Positions 1 through 11,022 of a DNA stretch of 26,469 nucleotides are shown here, one piece after another (position 1 is the stretch's first letter; every line of letters starts with the position of its first letter). The DNA comes from Candidatus Fervidifonticultor quintus (GTDB lineage Bacteria; Sysuimicrobiota; Sysuimicrobiia; Sysuimicrobiales; Humicultoraceae), in contig JAVKIJ010000043.1 of the NCBI GenBank assembly GCA_031459535.1, positions 1-26,469 of the forward strand, in the 5' to 3' direction. The position numbers and the translations under genes were made by a program. The notes under the pieces are model-generated. The model did not search any database, was not told where the DNA came from, and was given only the letters and a program-made list of their open reading frames with translations.

Positions 1-134
1 GAGATGGTGAGGGTGAGCACGGGATGATCCCGGCCCAAGAGCTTTCCTGGCCTGGTACTCGCTTCACAAGCAGGTCAGGTCTCATAGCATCTCATCTCGA
101 CGCCATTTCCGGGACGGGCTCCTAGGCGACGACC

Positions 135-1046
135 ATGCGGCTGACGCGCCGCCAGTTTCTCCAGTATGTCGGTGCCGGGAGCCTGGGCATCACTACTTCT
201 CCGCGTCGCCGGTGACGGCTGCAGATGTGCGGCCTGACGCTGTGGCGCCTGCAGGCATCCTGGTCGACATCGCGCGCTGCATCGGATGCCGTAGCTGCGA
301 GGCCGCATGCCAGACCTACCACGGGTTTCCGCCCGGTCCGGCGGCCGACCTGGGACCGCAGGCCTGGACCTATGTGGCTCTCCGGCGGCTGCGCACTGCA
401 CGTCCGCACATGAGCCTTGGTGACGGCGGCAAGCACCAGCGTACGTTCAAGGTCCAGTGCATGCACTGTCTGGACCCGGCCTGCGCCTCCGCGTGCCCGG
501 TGGGCGCGCTGCGCAAGAGCGCGAGAGGACCCGTCATCTACGACGCCGGGCGCTGCATCGGCTGCCGGTACTGCATGGTGGCCTGTCCGTTCCAGGTCCC
601 TCGCTTCGAATGGCACAGGCCGCTCCCGGTGATCACCAAGTGCAACATGTGCGCCGAGCGCCAGGCGCGCGGAGCCCAACCCGTCTGCGTGGAGGCCTGT
701 CCCGCCGGGGCCCTGCAGTTTGGCCCGCGGGCCGACCTGCTCCTGGAGGCCGCCCGGCGCATGCGTGCTCACCCCGGACGCTACGTGCCGGCCGTCTACG
801 GCGCCGAGGAGGCCGGCGGGACCTCGGTCCTGTACATCTCGGACGTGCCGTTCGAAGAGCTCGGGTTCCCGGTGGTGGTCAGAGAGGCCCCTGTCGGCGT
901 ACACCTGGAAGGCGCTCGGCAAGGTCCCCGGCGTCGTGGTAGGCCTGGGCGCCACGCTCACCGCCGTGGAGGCCCTCAGCCGGAGGCGACGCGAGCGCCA
1001 GGAGTCCGCAGCTCTGGCCGACCGGAAGGGAGGGACCCCTCCATGA
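135..1046 (+). pseudogene. hybA: HybA-like Tat-exported 4x[4Fe-4S] subunit with C-terminal membrane anchor, interrupted by two frameshifts
   Basis: ATG135 reads MRLTRRQFLQYVGAGSLGITT (twin-arginine motif TRRQFL) but stops at TGA 213-215. The Fe-S core is in the -1 frame (ORF from 212: CIGCRSCEAAC, CMHCLDPACASAC, CIGCRYCMVAC, CNMC..PVCVEAC). A second shift near 885-891 returns to the original frame for the anchor LSAYTWKALGKVPGVVVGLGATLTAV, ending at TGA 1044-1046. Confidence 0.82.
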
Positions 1047-2221
1047 CGCCCGGCCGTCACCGCTCGTCCGGCCGTCTCTGCCTGTGGCTGATGGTGCTGG
1101 GCGGGGTGGCGATCGCGGTTCGGCGCTACCTGTACGGCATCGGTGCGGTGACCGCGCTCTCGGACCGATTCCCCTGGGGGCTGTGGGTCGGCTTCGACAT
1201 CCTCTGTGGGGTGGCGCTGGCCGCAGGGGGATTCACCATGGCCGCCATCGCGCACGTGCTGCACGCCAGGCGCTATCAGCCGTTGGTGCGCCCGGCCGTC
1301 CTCACCGGCTTCCTTGGGTATCTGCTCGTCATCATCGCACTGCTGGTGGACCTGGGGCGGCCCTACCGTATCTGGCATGCGCTCGTCATGTGGAATCCCC
1401 GCTCGGTCATGTTCGAGGTGGCCTGGTGCGTCATGCTCTACACGGCCGTCCTGGCCCTGGAGTTCGGCTAGGTGGTCCTCGAGCGCATGGGGCGGACCAC
1501 GCTGCTGCGGCTTGCGCACCTGGCGCTTCCGCCGTTGGTCACAGCCGGCGTGATCCTGTCCACGCTCCACCAGTCGTCGCTCGGATCGCTCTTCCTCATC
1601 GTGCCCGGCAAGTTGCATCCGCTGTGGTACACGCCGCTGCTGCCGGTGTTGTTGATGCTCTCGGCGCTCGCGGTGGGCATGGCCGCCGTGACCGTTGAGG
1701 CCTCCCTCAGCGCCCGTGCCTACGGCCGCACCCTGGAACTACCCCTACTGGCCGAGCTGGGGAAAGCCACGTTCGTAGTACTGGCGGTCTACCTGGCGGT
1801 CCGGATGGCCGACCTGGTCCAGCGCGGCGCCTGGGTGTTGGCGTCGGGTGCGTCCGTCGCGGCCCAGCTCTTCCGGGTCGAGCTGTGGGTCGGCGGCGTG
1901 GCCCCCCCTGGTCCTGCTGGCCTCACCCCGGCTCCGACGCTCAGAGCGGGGCCTGACCTCGGCAGCGGTGCTCGTGGTGGCGGGGGTCGTGCTCAACCGC
2001 CTCAACGTCTCCATCACGGGGATGCTGGCCGGCAGCCATGCGCGCTACGTCCCCACGTGGATGGAGGTGCAGATCACCCTGGCCATCGTGGCCGCTGGCC
2101 TGCTGGCCTACCGCTGGGCCGTGGAGCACCTACCGGTCTTCGAGGCCGCCAGCCGGCCTGTCGCGACCGCTCCGGCACGGGACCGGCCGGCCGGGGCGCC
2201 GGCGCCAGCGGGCATCAGGGC

Positions 2222-3262
<1,041 letters not shown>

Positions 3263-3263
3263 C

Positions 3264-4874
3264 TCACCCGACCCTGGCGGCCCGGACTTCGTACCCCAGC
3301 ACGACCCGGGCCACGCCGGCTGCCGTGAGTGTCACCACCAGCAGCGAAGCCGTGAGGGCAGCCGCGCCTCCCCACGCTCCATTGACGATGAGCGACAAGA
3401 TGGCAAAGGTGGCCACCACGTGGCCAGGCGACACGAGAAACACCACAATGCTCACATTGACCACCGAGCGGATGAACGACACCGCGAACGTATCGGCGAA
3501 TGCCTTCCGCAGCAGCGGCAGGTAGATGTCCCAGACGAGGTGCAGGCCCGTGGCGCCCAGGTTGCTGGCGGCTTCCTCGATGGCGCGCTCGATCTGCCGG
3601 AGTCCCGCCAGCGCCGTCTGGTAGCCCAGCGGGAGGTGCCAAAAGGCCAGGGCCAGGGGGAGGATCCAGAAGGTTCCGGCCAGGTCCAGCGGAGGCTGGT
3701 TGAACGCCAGCACGTACCCGACCCCGACGAACACTCCGGGCAGCGCGCCCGGTAGCATGGACAGAAAATCCATGGCGCGCCGCAGTGGTGTGTCTCGAGA
3801 GACCAGGAACGCGGCCAGTAGCGCCAAGGTCGCCGTCATCAGTGCGCTGGTCCCGGCCAGCTTCAGACTATTGACCAGGGTGCCCAGGCGATCCGCGGAC
3901 AGGCGCCAGTGCTCCAGCGTGAGACTCCAGTTGTATCCCCAGGCGGTCACGCACGCTCCGACGGCGATGGCCGCGTAGACCAGCACCACCAGCACCGACA
4001 TGGTGGCGCACACCGCAAAGACCGTCCACCGCCACCGCGAAGGTGTCGGAGGAGGCTCGATCCGCCCGCCCCGGCCGGTGATCGTGACGTACTGCCGCCG
4101 CCCCACCACGTAGCGCTCGAGGAGAAACAGCGCCGTGGTGGGCAGTATGAGAATGGAGACCACCAATGCCGCGCCGCGCAGGTCGCCCATCCCTTCCAAC
4201 CGGAACCATGCTTCCGTGGCCAGCAGAGGAAACCCGCCTGCGATGATCACCGCGTTGCCGAAGTCTGCCAGGACCGTGATGGCCACCACGAGCAGCGCGC
4301 CGGTGATCCCAGGACGGGCCAATCCCAGGGTGATGTCCCGGAGGGCCGCAGCCTCATCGGCCCCCAGATCGGCCGCGGCGTACTCCAGGGTGGGGTTGAT
4401 GCCCCTCAGGACGCCGGTGACCACCAGGGCGGCGTAAGGGAAGAATGCCACCGTCTGGACGATCCACAGGCCGGGCCATCCGAAAATGTTCACGTCGAGC
4501 CCTAACAGCGACCGGGTGATCAGGCCCTGCCGGCCAAACAGGAGGATATAGGCGAACGCCACCATGAACGGCGGTGCGAACAGCGGAAGCTGAGCGACGG
4601 CTCGGAACAGGCCGGCCCAGGGGATGTCGTCTCTGGTGAAGGCGAGCGCAAACACGGCCCCTACGGCCGTAGCGGTCGCACTGGACAGCACCATCATGAT
4701 CAGACTGTTCCTGGTAGCCTCCATCCACCGGACGCTGGTTGGAATCGCCAGGTAGTCTGTCAGGCGCGGGAACAGGAGCACCCGGACCGTGGGGTGTAAC
4801 ACGAACACCAGTAAGAGGAGGCCCATCCCGGCAAACGCTGCCAGGAGGCCTGGGTCCCTCAGGGCGCGGCGCAT
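3264..4874 (-). CDS. ABC transporter permease with duplicated TM domains (FbpB/ThiP-like)
   Basis: About 12 hydrophobic segments and two EAA-loop motifs (LEYAAADLGA, IEEAASNLGA). It lies 1 bp from the ATPase start. Confidence 0.92.
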   Translation of the reverse strand: MRRALRDPGLLAAFAGMGLLLLVFVLHPTVRVLLFPRLTDYLAIPTSVRWMEATRNSLIMMVLSSATATAVGAVFALAFTRDDIPWAGLFRAVAQLPLFAPPFMVAFAYILLFGRQGLITRSLLGLDVNIFGWPGLWIVQTVAFFPYAALVVTGVLRGINPTLEYAAADLGADEAAALRDITLGLARPGITGALLVVAITVLADFGNAVIIAGGFPLLATEAWFRLEGMGDLRGAALVVSILILPTTALFLLERYVVGRRQYVTITGRGGRIEPPPTPSRWRWTVFAVCATMSVLVVLVYAAIAVGACVTAWGYNWSLTLEHWRLSADRLGTLVNSLKLAGTSALMTATLALLAAFLVSRDTPLRRAMDFLSMLPGALPGVFVGVGYVLAFNQPPLDLAGTFWILPLALAFWHLPLGYQTALAGLRQIERAIEEAASNLGATGLHLVWDIYLPLLRKAFADTFAVSFIRSVVNVSIVVFLVSPGHVVATFAILSLIVNGAWGGAAALTASLLVVTLTAAGVARVVLGYEVRAARVG

Positions 4875-4896
4875 GCGGCGGGAGCGAGACTGGGAG

Positions 4897-5910
4897 CTAC
4901 CGGCCGATGTCTCTGGTCCACCGCTCGCGGATGCGGGTCATATGGGCGATGGCCCACTCCCTGTCGTACTTGACAAGCCTGATGCCTTCGAAGGCGGGCA
5001 TGCCCATCGGGCTGGGAACGTCGGGACGCACAGGGTAGGTGAGATGGTACTTCACGGCAATGTCCTGGGCGAGGCGGGAGAACACGAAGTCCACGAACTC
5101 TCTGGCGCCATCGGGGTTGGGGCCTCCCTTGATGATCGAGACTCCACCGATCTCGAACCCGGTGTCGGCGGGGATGACGATATCGATGGGGACGCCGCGG
5201 TTCCTGGCGATCAGGCCGACGTGAGCCCAGTTCATGCCCAGGATTGCTTCTCCGCGCTCGACCAGCGTCATGGCCGCGGGCACCGTCGGGGCAAACTGGG
5301 AGGTGTTCACGCTGAGGGCCTTGAGATATGCCCAGCCTCGCTCCTCCCCCAGCCTGAAGAACTGGGTGGCCAGGAAGATGTACCCGCCGCCGGTGGTGAC
5401 AGGACTGGGTAGCGCCAGATGCCCCTTGAACGCCGGTTGCAGCAAGTCGTCCCATGTCCTCGGCAGGGGAACGCCCGCCGCTCCTAGCGTGCGGTCGAAC
5501 AGCGGACGGTTCACCACGATGCCGAGGACCCCCAGGTACCAGCCGCTCCAACGACCCTGAGGATCGAGGAAGTCCTTGCTGACCTTTGCCTCGCCGACGG
5601 CCGGCGACCGGTACGGCATCAGGATCCCCTCGGCGGCGAGCGGCGCGTGGAAGTCGATGGACCCGCCCACGAAGATATCAGCCCTGGGTCGGGCCTTCTC
5701 GGCGACGATGCGGGCCGCGACGGTTCCCGCCGCTGCCACGGTGAGCATCTCCACCTGAATTCCCGTGCGCTCGGTGAACGCCCGCACGATCCGGCTGATG
5801 ACCGTCTCGTCCATGGCCGCATACACCACGACCCTCCGGGGCTGCGCCATCGCTGGCGACACCCTGGCCATGCACGCGATCAAGAGCAGCAGGATCGGTA
5901 CGACTCTCAT
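4897..5910 (-). CDS. ABC transporter substrate-binding protein (Fe3+/2-aminoethylphosphonate/thiamine-like family); substrate not determinable
   Basis: The true start is ATG5910 (MRVVPILLLLIACMARVSPAMAQ, a Sec-type signal peptide) after GGAGGAAGG. Motifs are AEKARPRADIFVGG, LPRTWDDLLQPAFKG and LPSPVTTGGGY. The ORF-track extension to 6432 overlaps the protease and is spurious. Confidence 0.9.
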   Translation of the reverse strand: MRVVPILLLLIACMARVSPAMAQPRRVVVYAAMDETVISRIVRAFTERTGIQVEMLTVAAAGTVAARIVAEKARPRADIFVGGSIDFHAPLAAEGILMPYRSPAVGEAKVSKDFLDPQGRWSGWYLGVLGIVVNRPLFDRTLGAAGVPLPRTWDDLLQPAFKGHLALPSPVTTGGGYIFLATQFFRLGEERGWAYLKALSVNTSQFAPTVPAAMTLVERGEAILGMNWAHVGLIARNRGVPIDIVIPADTGFEIGGVSIIKGGPNPDGAREFVDFVFSRLAQDIAVKYHLTYPVRPDVPSPMGMPAFEGIRLVKYDREWAIAHMTRIRERWTRDIGR

Positions 5911-5935
5911 GTCCCTTCCTCCTATGACTAGATGA

Positions 5936-6436
5936 TCAGACCCCTGGTTCCGTGACGCAAGGCCTGGCGAGCGAGGCGCCGTCTGCCAGCATCCACCCCC
6001 TGATGATCTCCCGCGCCCGTCTGACGACCGCTGGCAGGGCGGCCCGCACCGGGTCTGAGAGGTCGGTCCCCAACCAGACCTCGGGCGACCGCTCCACTGC
6101 CAGCACGCGAATCTCGTCGGGGAGATCGAGTCCGGCGGCCGCGCCGATAGCCAGGGCCTCGCCGTACCCCACGTAGTGCGCCGAAGGGCTGCGCACCGCA
6201 TCCGGTGCCAGGGTGAACTCCTGGACTTCGCCGACCGCCGCGCCGGCGACTTGGCTGTCCAGCAGCAGAACCTTCCGGACTCCGACGACCGCGTCCAGCA
6301 ACGCCAGCCCCGATCGGGTGGTCGTCTCCACGGGCAGCCCCTCCTCCCGCAGCGCCTCGGCCGCCAGGAGCCCCACGGCGTCGTCGCCCAGCAGGTCGTT
6401 GCCGACTCCCAGTACCAGCACCCGTTCAGCAATCAT
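5936..6436 (-). CDS. [NiFe]-hydrogenase maturation endopeptidase (HyaD/HycI family)
   Basis: VLVLGVGNDLLGDDAVG N-terminal motif, LLLDS and SAH metal-ligand positions. It lies directly downstream of the large subunit. Confidence 0.92.
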   Translation of the reverse strand: MIAERVLVLGVGNDLLGDDAVGLLAAEALREEGLPVETTTRSGLALLDAVVGVRKVLLLDSQVAGAAVGEVQEFTLAPDAVRSPSAHYVGYGEALAIGAAAGLDLPDEIRVLAVERSPEVWLGTDLSDPVRAALPAVVRRAREIIRGWMLADGASLARPCVTEPGV

Positions 6437-6460
6437 CGCGCCGGCTGACGCTGTACCTCC

Positions 6461-7984
6461 TCATCGCCGGATCTCCCGCACCAGGCTGCCCTGGTGGTCA
6501 TAGATGGAGACCAGCAGCGGCATCTGGCCCGGGAGCGAGTGCGTGCCGCAGCCATGGCAGGGGTCGTAGGCGCGAAACGCCATCTCCACCATGTTCAGCA
6601 GTCCGTCGTCCACCTGGCCCTTGTGGATCAGCGACTTCGCCGCCCGATCCACCGACATGGCGATGCGCGCGGCATTGTTCTGCGTGGCGACGATCAGGTT
6701 GGCCTTGGTGATCAACCCCTGCTCGTCGGTCTCGTAGTGGTGGATGAGGGTGCCGCGCGGGGCTTCCACGACGCCGACGCCCACAGTGGGCACGGCGGTG
6801 GGCAGCACGCGGATCTCAGAGCTGGTAATGTCCGGGTCGTGGGCCAGCTCTTGCAGGCGCTCGGCCGCGTACAGCAACTCGATGACGCGGGCCCAGTGGG
6901 TGGCCAGGGTGTGGTGCACGGGCTTGCCGCCCAGGGTGGCGAAGAACTCCTGGTAGGCCGCTTGGGCCAACGGCGTGGCCATGCCGTCGGCCGCGTTCAG
7001 GCGCGCCAGCGGCGCCACGGCGTACACCCCGCTGTCCGGTCCCTCCGCGAAACCTCTCCAGCCCACGGGTTTGAGATAGCAGAACTTGATGTAGCTCCAC
7101 GGCTCCACGTGCTCGGCGACGTAGCTCAGGTAGTCCTGGGTCTTGAACTTCGCGTACTCCCGGCCGGCCGGGTCGACCACCCGCAGCTCGCCGTCGTAGA
7201 AGTTCACACGGTTGGCGGCGTCCACGAGGCCCATGTAGTAGGTCTTGTGGGTGTAGGCGTCGGACGTAATCAGCTTCACGTACTCGGCGTTGCCCAGCAC
7301 GACCTTGCGCAGCACGTCCAGGGTGAACTTGCCGAACTCGACGGCCCGCGCCGCCACGTCCTGGAACCGCGGGAGCTCGTCGGGCGTAATGCCCTTGGCG
7401 ATGCCGCCCGGGAGGCCAAAGACCGGGTGGATCGCCTTGCCGCCCAGCAGCGTCATCAGCTCGCGGATCTCCCGCCGCATGGCGATGACCTGCTTGCCGA
7501 CCTCGACCCCCACGGTGGCCACGACCCCCAGCACGTTGCGCTGCTCCTTGGGCGCGGTGGGGCCCACGACGAAGTCGGGGCCTCCCAGGAAGTAGAAGTG
7601 GATCGCGTGGTCCTCGATCATGAACAGCGAGTAGAAGAGTTCCCGGACCTTCTTGGCCGCGAGCGGTGGGTCGACCTTGTACAGGTCGTCCAGGGCCTTG
7701 GTGGCCGCCATGTGGTGGGCCGTCGGGCACACCCCGCAGATGCGGGAGGTGATCTGGGGCATGTCTTCGGCCGGGCGGCCGCGCGCGAACGCCTCGAACC
7801 CGCGCAGCTCCGGGACCTGGAAGTACGCGCGCTCCACCTCACCGGACTCGTCCAGGAAGATGTCGATCTTGCCGTGGCCCTCCAGGCGGGTGACTGGGTC
7901 CACCGTCACCCGACGGCGGCGCATGTACGCCTCATTGCTGCGCTGCTGCGCCAGATTCCATGCCTGCTGCGTCGCTTCTTCCAT
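6461..7984 (-). CDS. mvhA: Group 3c-type [NiFe]-hydrogenase large subunit (MvhA); alternative start at 7924
   Basis: DPVTRLEGHG, L1 ITSRICGVCPTAH, EAPRGTLIHHY, and L2 AFRAYDPCHGCGTH followed by a 25-aa cleavable tail. GGAGG overlaps the hdrB stop. The hdrA/mvhD/mvhG context supports group 3c. Confidence 0.93.
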   Translation of the reverse strand: MEEATQQAWNLAQQRSNEAYMRRRRVTVDPVTRLEGHGKIDIFLDESGEVERAYFQVPELRGFEAFARGRPAEDMPQITSRICGVCPTAHHMAATKALDDLYKVDPPLAAKKVRELFYSLFMIEDHAIHFYFLGGPDFVVGPTAPKEQRNVLGVVATVGVEVGKQVIAMRREIRELMTLLGGKAIHPVFGLPGGIAKGITPDELPRFQDVAARAVEFGKFTLDVLRKVVLGNAEYVKLITSDAYTHKTYYMGLVDAANRVNFYDGELRVVDPAGREYAKFKTQDYLSYVAEHVEPWSYIKFCYLKPVGWRGFAEGPDSGVYAVAPLARLNAADGMATPLAQAAYQEFFATLGGKPVHHTLATHWARVIELLYAAERLQELAHDPDITSSEIRVLPTAVPTVGVGVVEAPRGTLIHHYETDEQGLITKANLIVATQNNAARIAMSVDRAAKSLIHKGQVDDGLLNMVEMAFRAYDPCHGCGTHSLPGQMPLLVSIYDHQGSLVREIRR

Positions 7985-7999
7985 GGCTGTCCAGCCTCC

Positions 8000-8869
8000 T
8001 CAGGCCACCGCCAGCGCGGCCGGCACCAGCTCGGTGCCGATCCCCAACCGCTGCGGGGATGCGCCGAGCGCCAGGCCCATCAACTGGGTGAAGTAGAGAA
8101 CCGGCATGGCAAAGCCGGTCCGGAAGGTGCGGTTCACGTGCCGCTGGTAGCATTCCAGGTTGAGCTGGCAGAGCGGGCAGACCGTGGCGATCACCTGCGC
8201 CTGCCCGTCGGTGGCGCTCTGGAGCAGATCGCGCACCATGGCCAGCGCCGCCTTGCGAGCGGTGACGATCAGCGAACCCCCGCAACAGCGGAGGCGGTGG
8301 GCGAACGGCACAGGGGTGGCGCCGATGGCGGTCATCAGGTCCTCGAAGAAGTGCGGCTGTTCCACCTCGTCGAGCTCCGCATGCTCCTTCCTCGGCCGCA
8401 CCACCTGGCACCCGTAGTACGCGGCCACCCGCAGGCCGGTCAGCGGCCGGACCGCGCGCTTCTTGATCTCCTCCAGTCCCACGTCCTCGGCGAACACGTT
8501 GATCAGGTGCCGGACCTGGATGGCGCCCGTGAACCTGAGGCCGTCGGCCTCCAGGGCGTGGTTGACGTGCTCGGCCAGGTCTGGCTCCTTCTGCAGGTGC
8601 GCGTTGGTGAAGTACATGTTCTTGTAGCACCCGCTGCACGGGGCGATCAGGTCGTGGCCCTCGCGTTCGGCGATGGCCAGATTCCGCGCGCATAGCGTGT
8701 AGGCCAGCAGCTCGTCCACGTGGAAGTAGGCCGTGGCGCCGCAGCAGTTCCAGTCCTCCAGCTCCTTGAGTTCCACGCCCAGGCGCTGCGCGGTCTCCAG
8801 GGTGGAGACGTGGTAGGAGGCGGCCATGCGCTCCAGGGCGCAGCCGGGGAAGTAACTGTAGGTTCTCAT
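8000..8869 (-). CDS. hdrB: Heterodisulfide reductase subunit B (two complete CCG domains)
   Basis: Start is ATG8869 (MRTYSYFPGC), an ATGA overlap with the hdrC stop. Motifs are YFPGC..WNCCGA..APCSGC and YYGC..RCCGG..VCPLC, plus C-terminal PVLYFTQLMGLALG. Confidence 0.93.
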   Translation of the reverse strand: MRTYSYFPGCALERMAASYHVSTLETAQRLGVELKELEDWNCCGATAYFHVDELLAYTLCARNLAIAEREGHDLIAPCSGCYKNMYFTNAHLQKEPDLAEHVNHALEADGLRFTGAIQVRHLINVFAEDVGLEEIKKRAVRPLTGLRVAAYYGCQVVRPRKEHAELDEVEQPHFFEDLMTAIGATPVPFAHRLRCCGGSLIVTARKAALAMVRDLLQSATDGQAQVIATVCPLCQLNLECYQRHVNRTFRTGFAMPVLYFTQLMGLALGASPQRLGIGTELVPAALAVA

Positions 8870-9429
8870 GCGGCCCTCCCGATCGGGACGATCCTGGCCA
8901 GCACCCTCCGCAGCCGCTCGGTGTCCCGTACGCGGCTGGGCGCCAGCGGCAGCCGCCGCTTGCGCAACAGGCCCAGGGCCACGAAGGCCTCGTCCAGCAG
9001 CCCCCGCAGCCCATGGCGGAACACGTAGGGCGCCGCCAGTTCTGGCTCGAAGGAGCGTCCGTACTTGAGAATCATGCGCACAAATCGCCTGGAGAAGTCG
9101 GCGCCCAGCACGCCGCGCGGCACCTTGTTCTGCCACAGGGTGTAGCGCTTGAGCCCGTACATCATGTAGGCGATGTCAATGCCCTTGGGGCAGCGCACGG
9201 TGCACTGGTAACACGAGGCGCAGGTCCAGAAGGCATTGCTGGCCAGGACCTGCTTCTTGAGGCCGAGCCGGATCATGGCGATGAGCTCGCGCGGCGAGTG
9301 ATCCATGTACTTGGCGGCCGGGCAGGTGGCCGCGCATGTGCCGCACTGGATGCAGGCGTGGAGCGGGTTGCCCTCGGTGGCGTACAGCACGTTGACGATC
9401 TCGTCGGCGAACGTGGGTCTGGTGGCCAT
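8866..9429 (-). CDS. hdrC: Heterodisulfide reductase subunit C (2x[4Fe-4S])
   Basis: CIQCGTCAATCP and WTCASCYQCTVRCP. ATG9429 has GAGGTG 6 nt upstream. It is adjacent to hdrB. Confidence 0.9.
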   Translation of the reverse strand: MATRPTFADEIVNVLYATEGNPLHACIQCGTCAATCPAAKYMDHSPRELIAMIRLGLKKQVLASNAFWTCASCYQCTVRCPKGIDIAYMMYGLKRYTLWQNKVPRGVLGADFSRRFVRMILKYGRSFEPELAAPYVFRHGLRGLLDEAFVALGLLRKRRLPLAPSRVRDTERLRRVLARIVPIGRAA

Positions 9430-9439
9430 GGGATGCACC

Positions 9440-9862
9440 TCAGCGGCTCCCCGCCTTTCGCTTGCGGGCCGCCTCTAGCAGCGCGGCCACGCGCTCCAGG
9501 AGCAGTTGGGGATCCACGGGCTTCTCCATGAGCTCGTCTACCGGCAGCAGGTGGGGGTGCACCGGCTGGCCGGGGAAGAGGAAGGCGATCTGCTCCCGCA
9601 GGCCGGTGATGATCAGGACCGGGATGTCGGCGAGGCGGGGCTCCTTGCGCATCTTCCTGGCCAGCATGATCCCCTCGGCGCCCCGGCCCATCAGGATGTC
9701 CAGGAGCAGCAGGTCGTACGGTTTGCTCCGCAGCGCCTCGAACCCGTCCTTGGGATTATACGCCGCGTCCACGGCGTACCCCGCGGACTCCAGGATCCCC
9801 CGGAGGCCGTCCACGAAGTCGGGATCATCGTCGATGATCAGCAGTTGTGCTTGCGGGTTCAT
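9440..9862 (-). CDS. Single-domain response regulator (receiver only)
   Basis: Start is ATG9862 (MNPQAQLLIIDDD) after GGAGGTG, an ATGA overlap with the upstream gene. It has the phospho-Asp in LLLDILM, ITG and EKPV, and no output domain. Confidence 0.88.
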   Translation of the reverse strand: MNPQAQLLIIDDDPDFVDGLRGILESAGYAVDAAYNPKDGFEALRSKPYDLLLLDILMGRGAEGIMLARKMRKEPRLADIPVLIITGLREQIAFLFPGQPVHPHLLPVDELMEKPVDPQLLLERVAALLEAARKRKAGSR

Positions 9863-11019
9863 GCCGCACCTCCCTGAGGCGAAGTCTGCAACACCCGGTC
9901 CGCCGGGGGCGGGATGCCGGCAGTGCCCCGCAGTGCTGGCAGGGAGATTACGAACGTGCTCCCCGCGCCAGGGGCGCTCTCCACGGTGATTGAGCCGTCG
10001 TGCGCCTCGACGATCCGGCGAGTGATGGCCAGGCCCAGGCCAGCGCCGCCTTCCTCCGCGCGACCGGCTGCGCCCCGGTAGAAGTCCCCGAAGATGAAGG
10101 GCAGCTCGTCGGGCGGGATGCCCGGGCCCATGTCCCGGACGGCGATCACCACCCGGCCGTCCCGCTCCTCGGCGGTGATCTGGACCCGGCTGCTGGCCGG
10201 GGAGTACTTCACGGCGTTGCCCACCACGTTGACCAGCGCCTCCACCAGGGCGCCCTCGTCGCCCAGGACGGCGCTGGACGGCTCGACCACCGTGGTGACG
10301 ATCTCGATGTCCTTGGGCCGCGCGTAGGGTTGGACGCTCTCGACGGCCTTGGCGATGACCGGCGTCACCGGGGTCGGCTTGAACTGCTCGCGGATCTTCC
10401 CGATGTCGGTCGAAAAGGCCCGCAACCATGTCTGGATCATGCGCAGCAGATCGTCGATGCGCGCCTTCGTCCGCTCCAGCCTGGCCCGCTGTGCCTCGGT
10501 GAGGACCCCGGACAGCTCCGCGGCCAGCAGCATGAGGTTCTGCTGCACGGCGGCCAGGGGCGCCCTCAGTTCGTGGGCCACAATGGCGGCGAAGTTCTCA
10601 CGCAGCGCTTCTCGTTCCCGCCGCAGCGCTGCCGCCTCCAGCGCCAGCCTCCGCTTCTCCAGGCCTCGTTGCGTCACCAGGCGGAACTCGTCGGGCGTGA
10701 AGGGCTTGGGCAGGAAGTCGTACGCGCCCTTCTGCATGGCGCCTACCGCCGAGTCCAGGGTGGCGTAGCCGGTAATGACGATGGTCACGATGGAGGGGTC
10801 GAGGGCCCTGATGCGCTCTAGCACCTCGAAGCCCGAGAGGCCCGGCATCTTGAGGTCGACGAACACCACGTCCGGCCGGAGCTCCTCGACCCGTCGCAGC
10901 CCCAGGGCGCCGTCCATGGCCGTGGCCACCTCATAGCCGCTGCCTTCGAGGATCTGGCTGCAGGCGTCGAGCACGATCTCCTCGTCGTCGATGATGAGGA
11001 TCCGCGGCTTCTGATCCAC
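9859..11019 (-). CDS. Hybrid receiver-histidine kinase (REC-HisKA-HATPase), cytoplasmic
   Basis: REC: ILIIDDE, FVDLKMP, ITGY, LPKPF. H-box AHELRAPL, N-box NVVGNAVKY, DMGPGIP and GAGLGLAI. No TM segments. Confidence 0.92.
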   Translation of the reverse strand: MDQKPRILIIDDEEIVLDACSQILEGSGYEVATAMDGALGLRRVEELRPDVVFVDLKMPGLSGFEVLERIRALDPSIVTIVITGYATLDSAVGAMQKGAYDFLPKPFTPDEFRLVTQRGLEKRRLALEAAALRREREALRENFAAIVAHELRAPLAAVQQNLMLLAAELSGVLTEAQRARLERTKARIDDLLRMIQTWLRAFSTDIGKIREQFKPTPVTPVIAKAVESVQPYARPKDIEIVTTVVEPSSAVLGDEGALVEALVNVVGNAVKYSPASSRVQITAEERDGRVVIAVRDMGPGIPPDELPFIFGDFYRGAAGRAEEGGAGLGLAITRRIVEAHDGSITVESAPGAGSTFVISLPALRGTAGIPPPADRVLQTSPQGGAA

Positions 11020-11022
11020 GGC

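Noticed and set aside
1-134. Sigma54 promoter (TGGTAC at 53-58), palindrome CGGGAT-G-ATCCCG (20-32), or a gene start on the minus strand
   Set aside because: There is no TTGC at the required -12 spacing. The palindrome spacing differs from the 16-bp boxes, and there is too little sequence at the window edge to support a call.
1469-1471. Pyrrolysine or amber recoding of the in-frame TAG in hybB
   Set aside because: TAG is the normal stop of several intact genes here (2222, 4897, 11023, 14606, 24081). The same gene pair also has three frameshifts, and no pyl genes are in the window.
212-1471. Genuine 419-aa HybA-HybB fusion protein
   Set aside because: The linker (about 890-1042) is an off-frame reading. 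The proper HybA anchor is in another frame, and hybB has its own RBS and ATGA-coupled start at 1043.
6494-8695. Long antisense ORFs (6494-8695 +, 122-1618 -, 15332-16663 +, 16608-17873 +, 11110-12057 + and others)
   Set aside because: They are shadow frames of well-supported genes in high-GC DNA and have no recognisable motifs.
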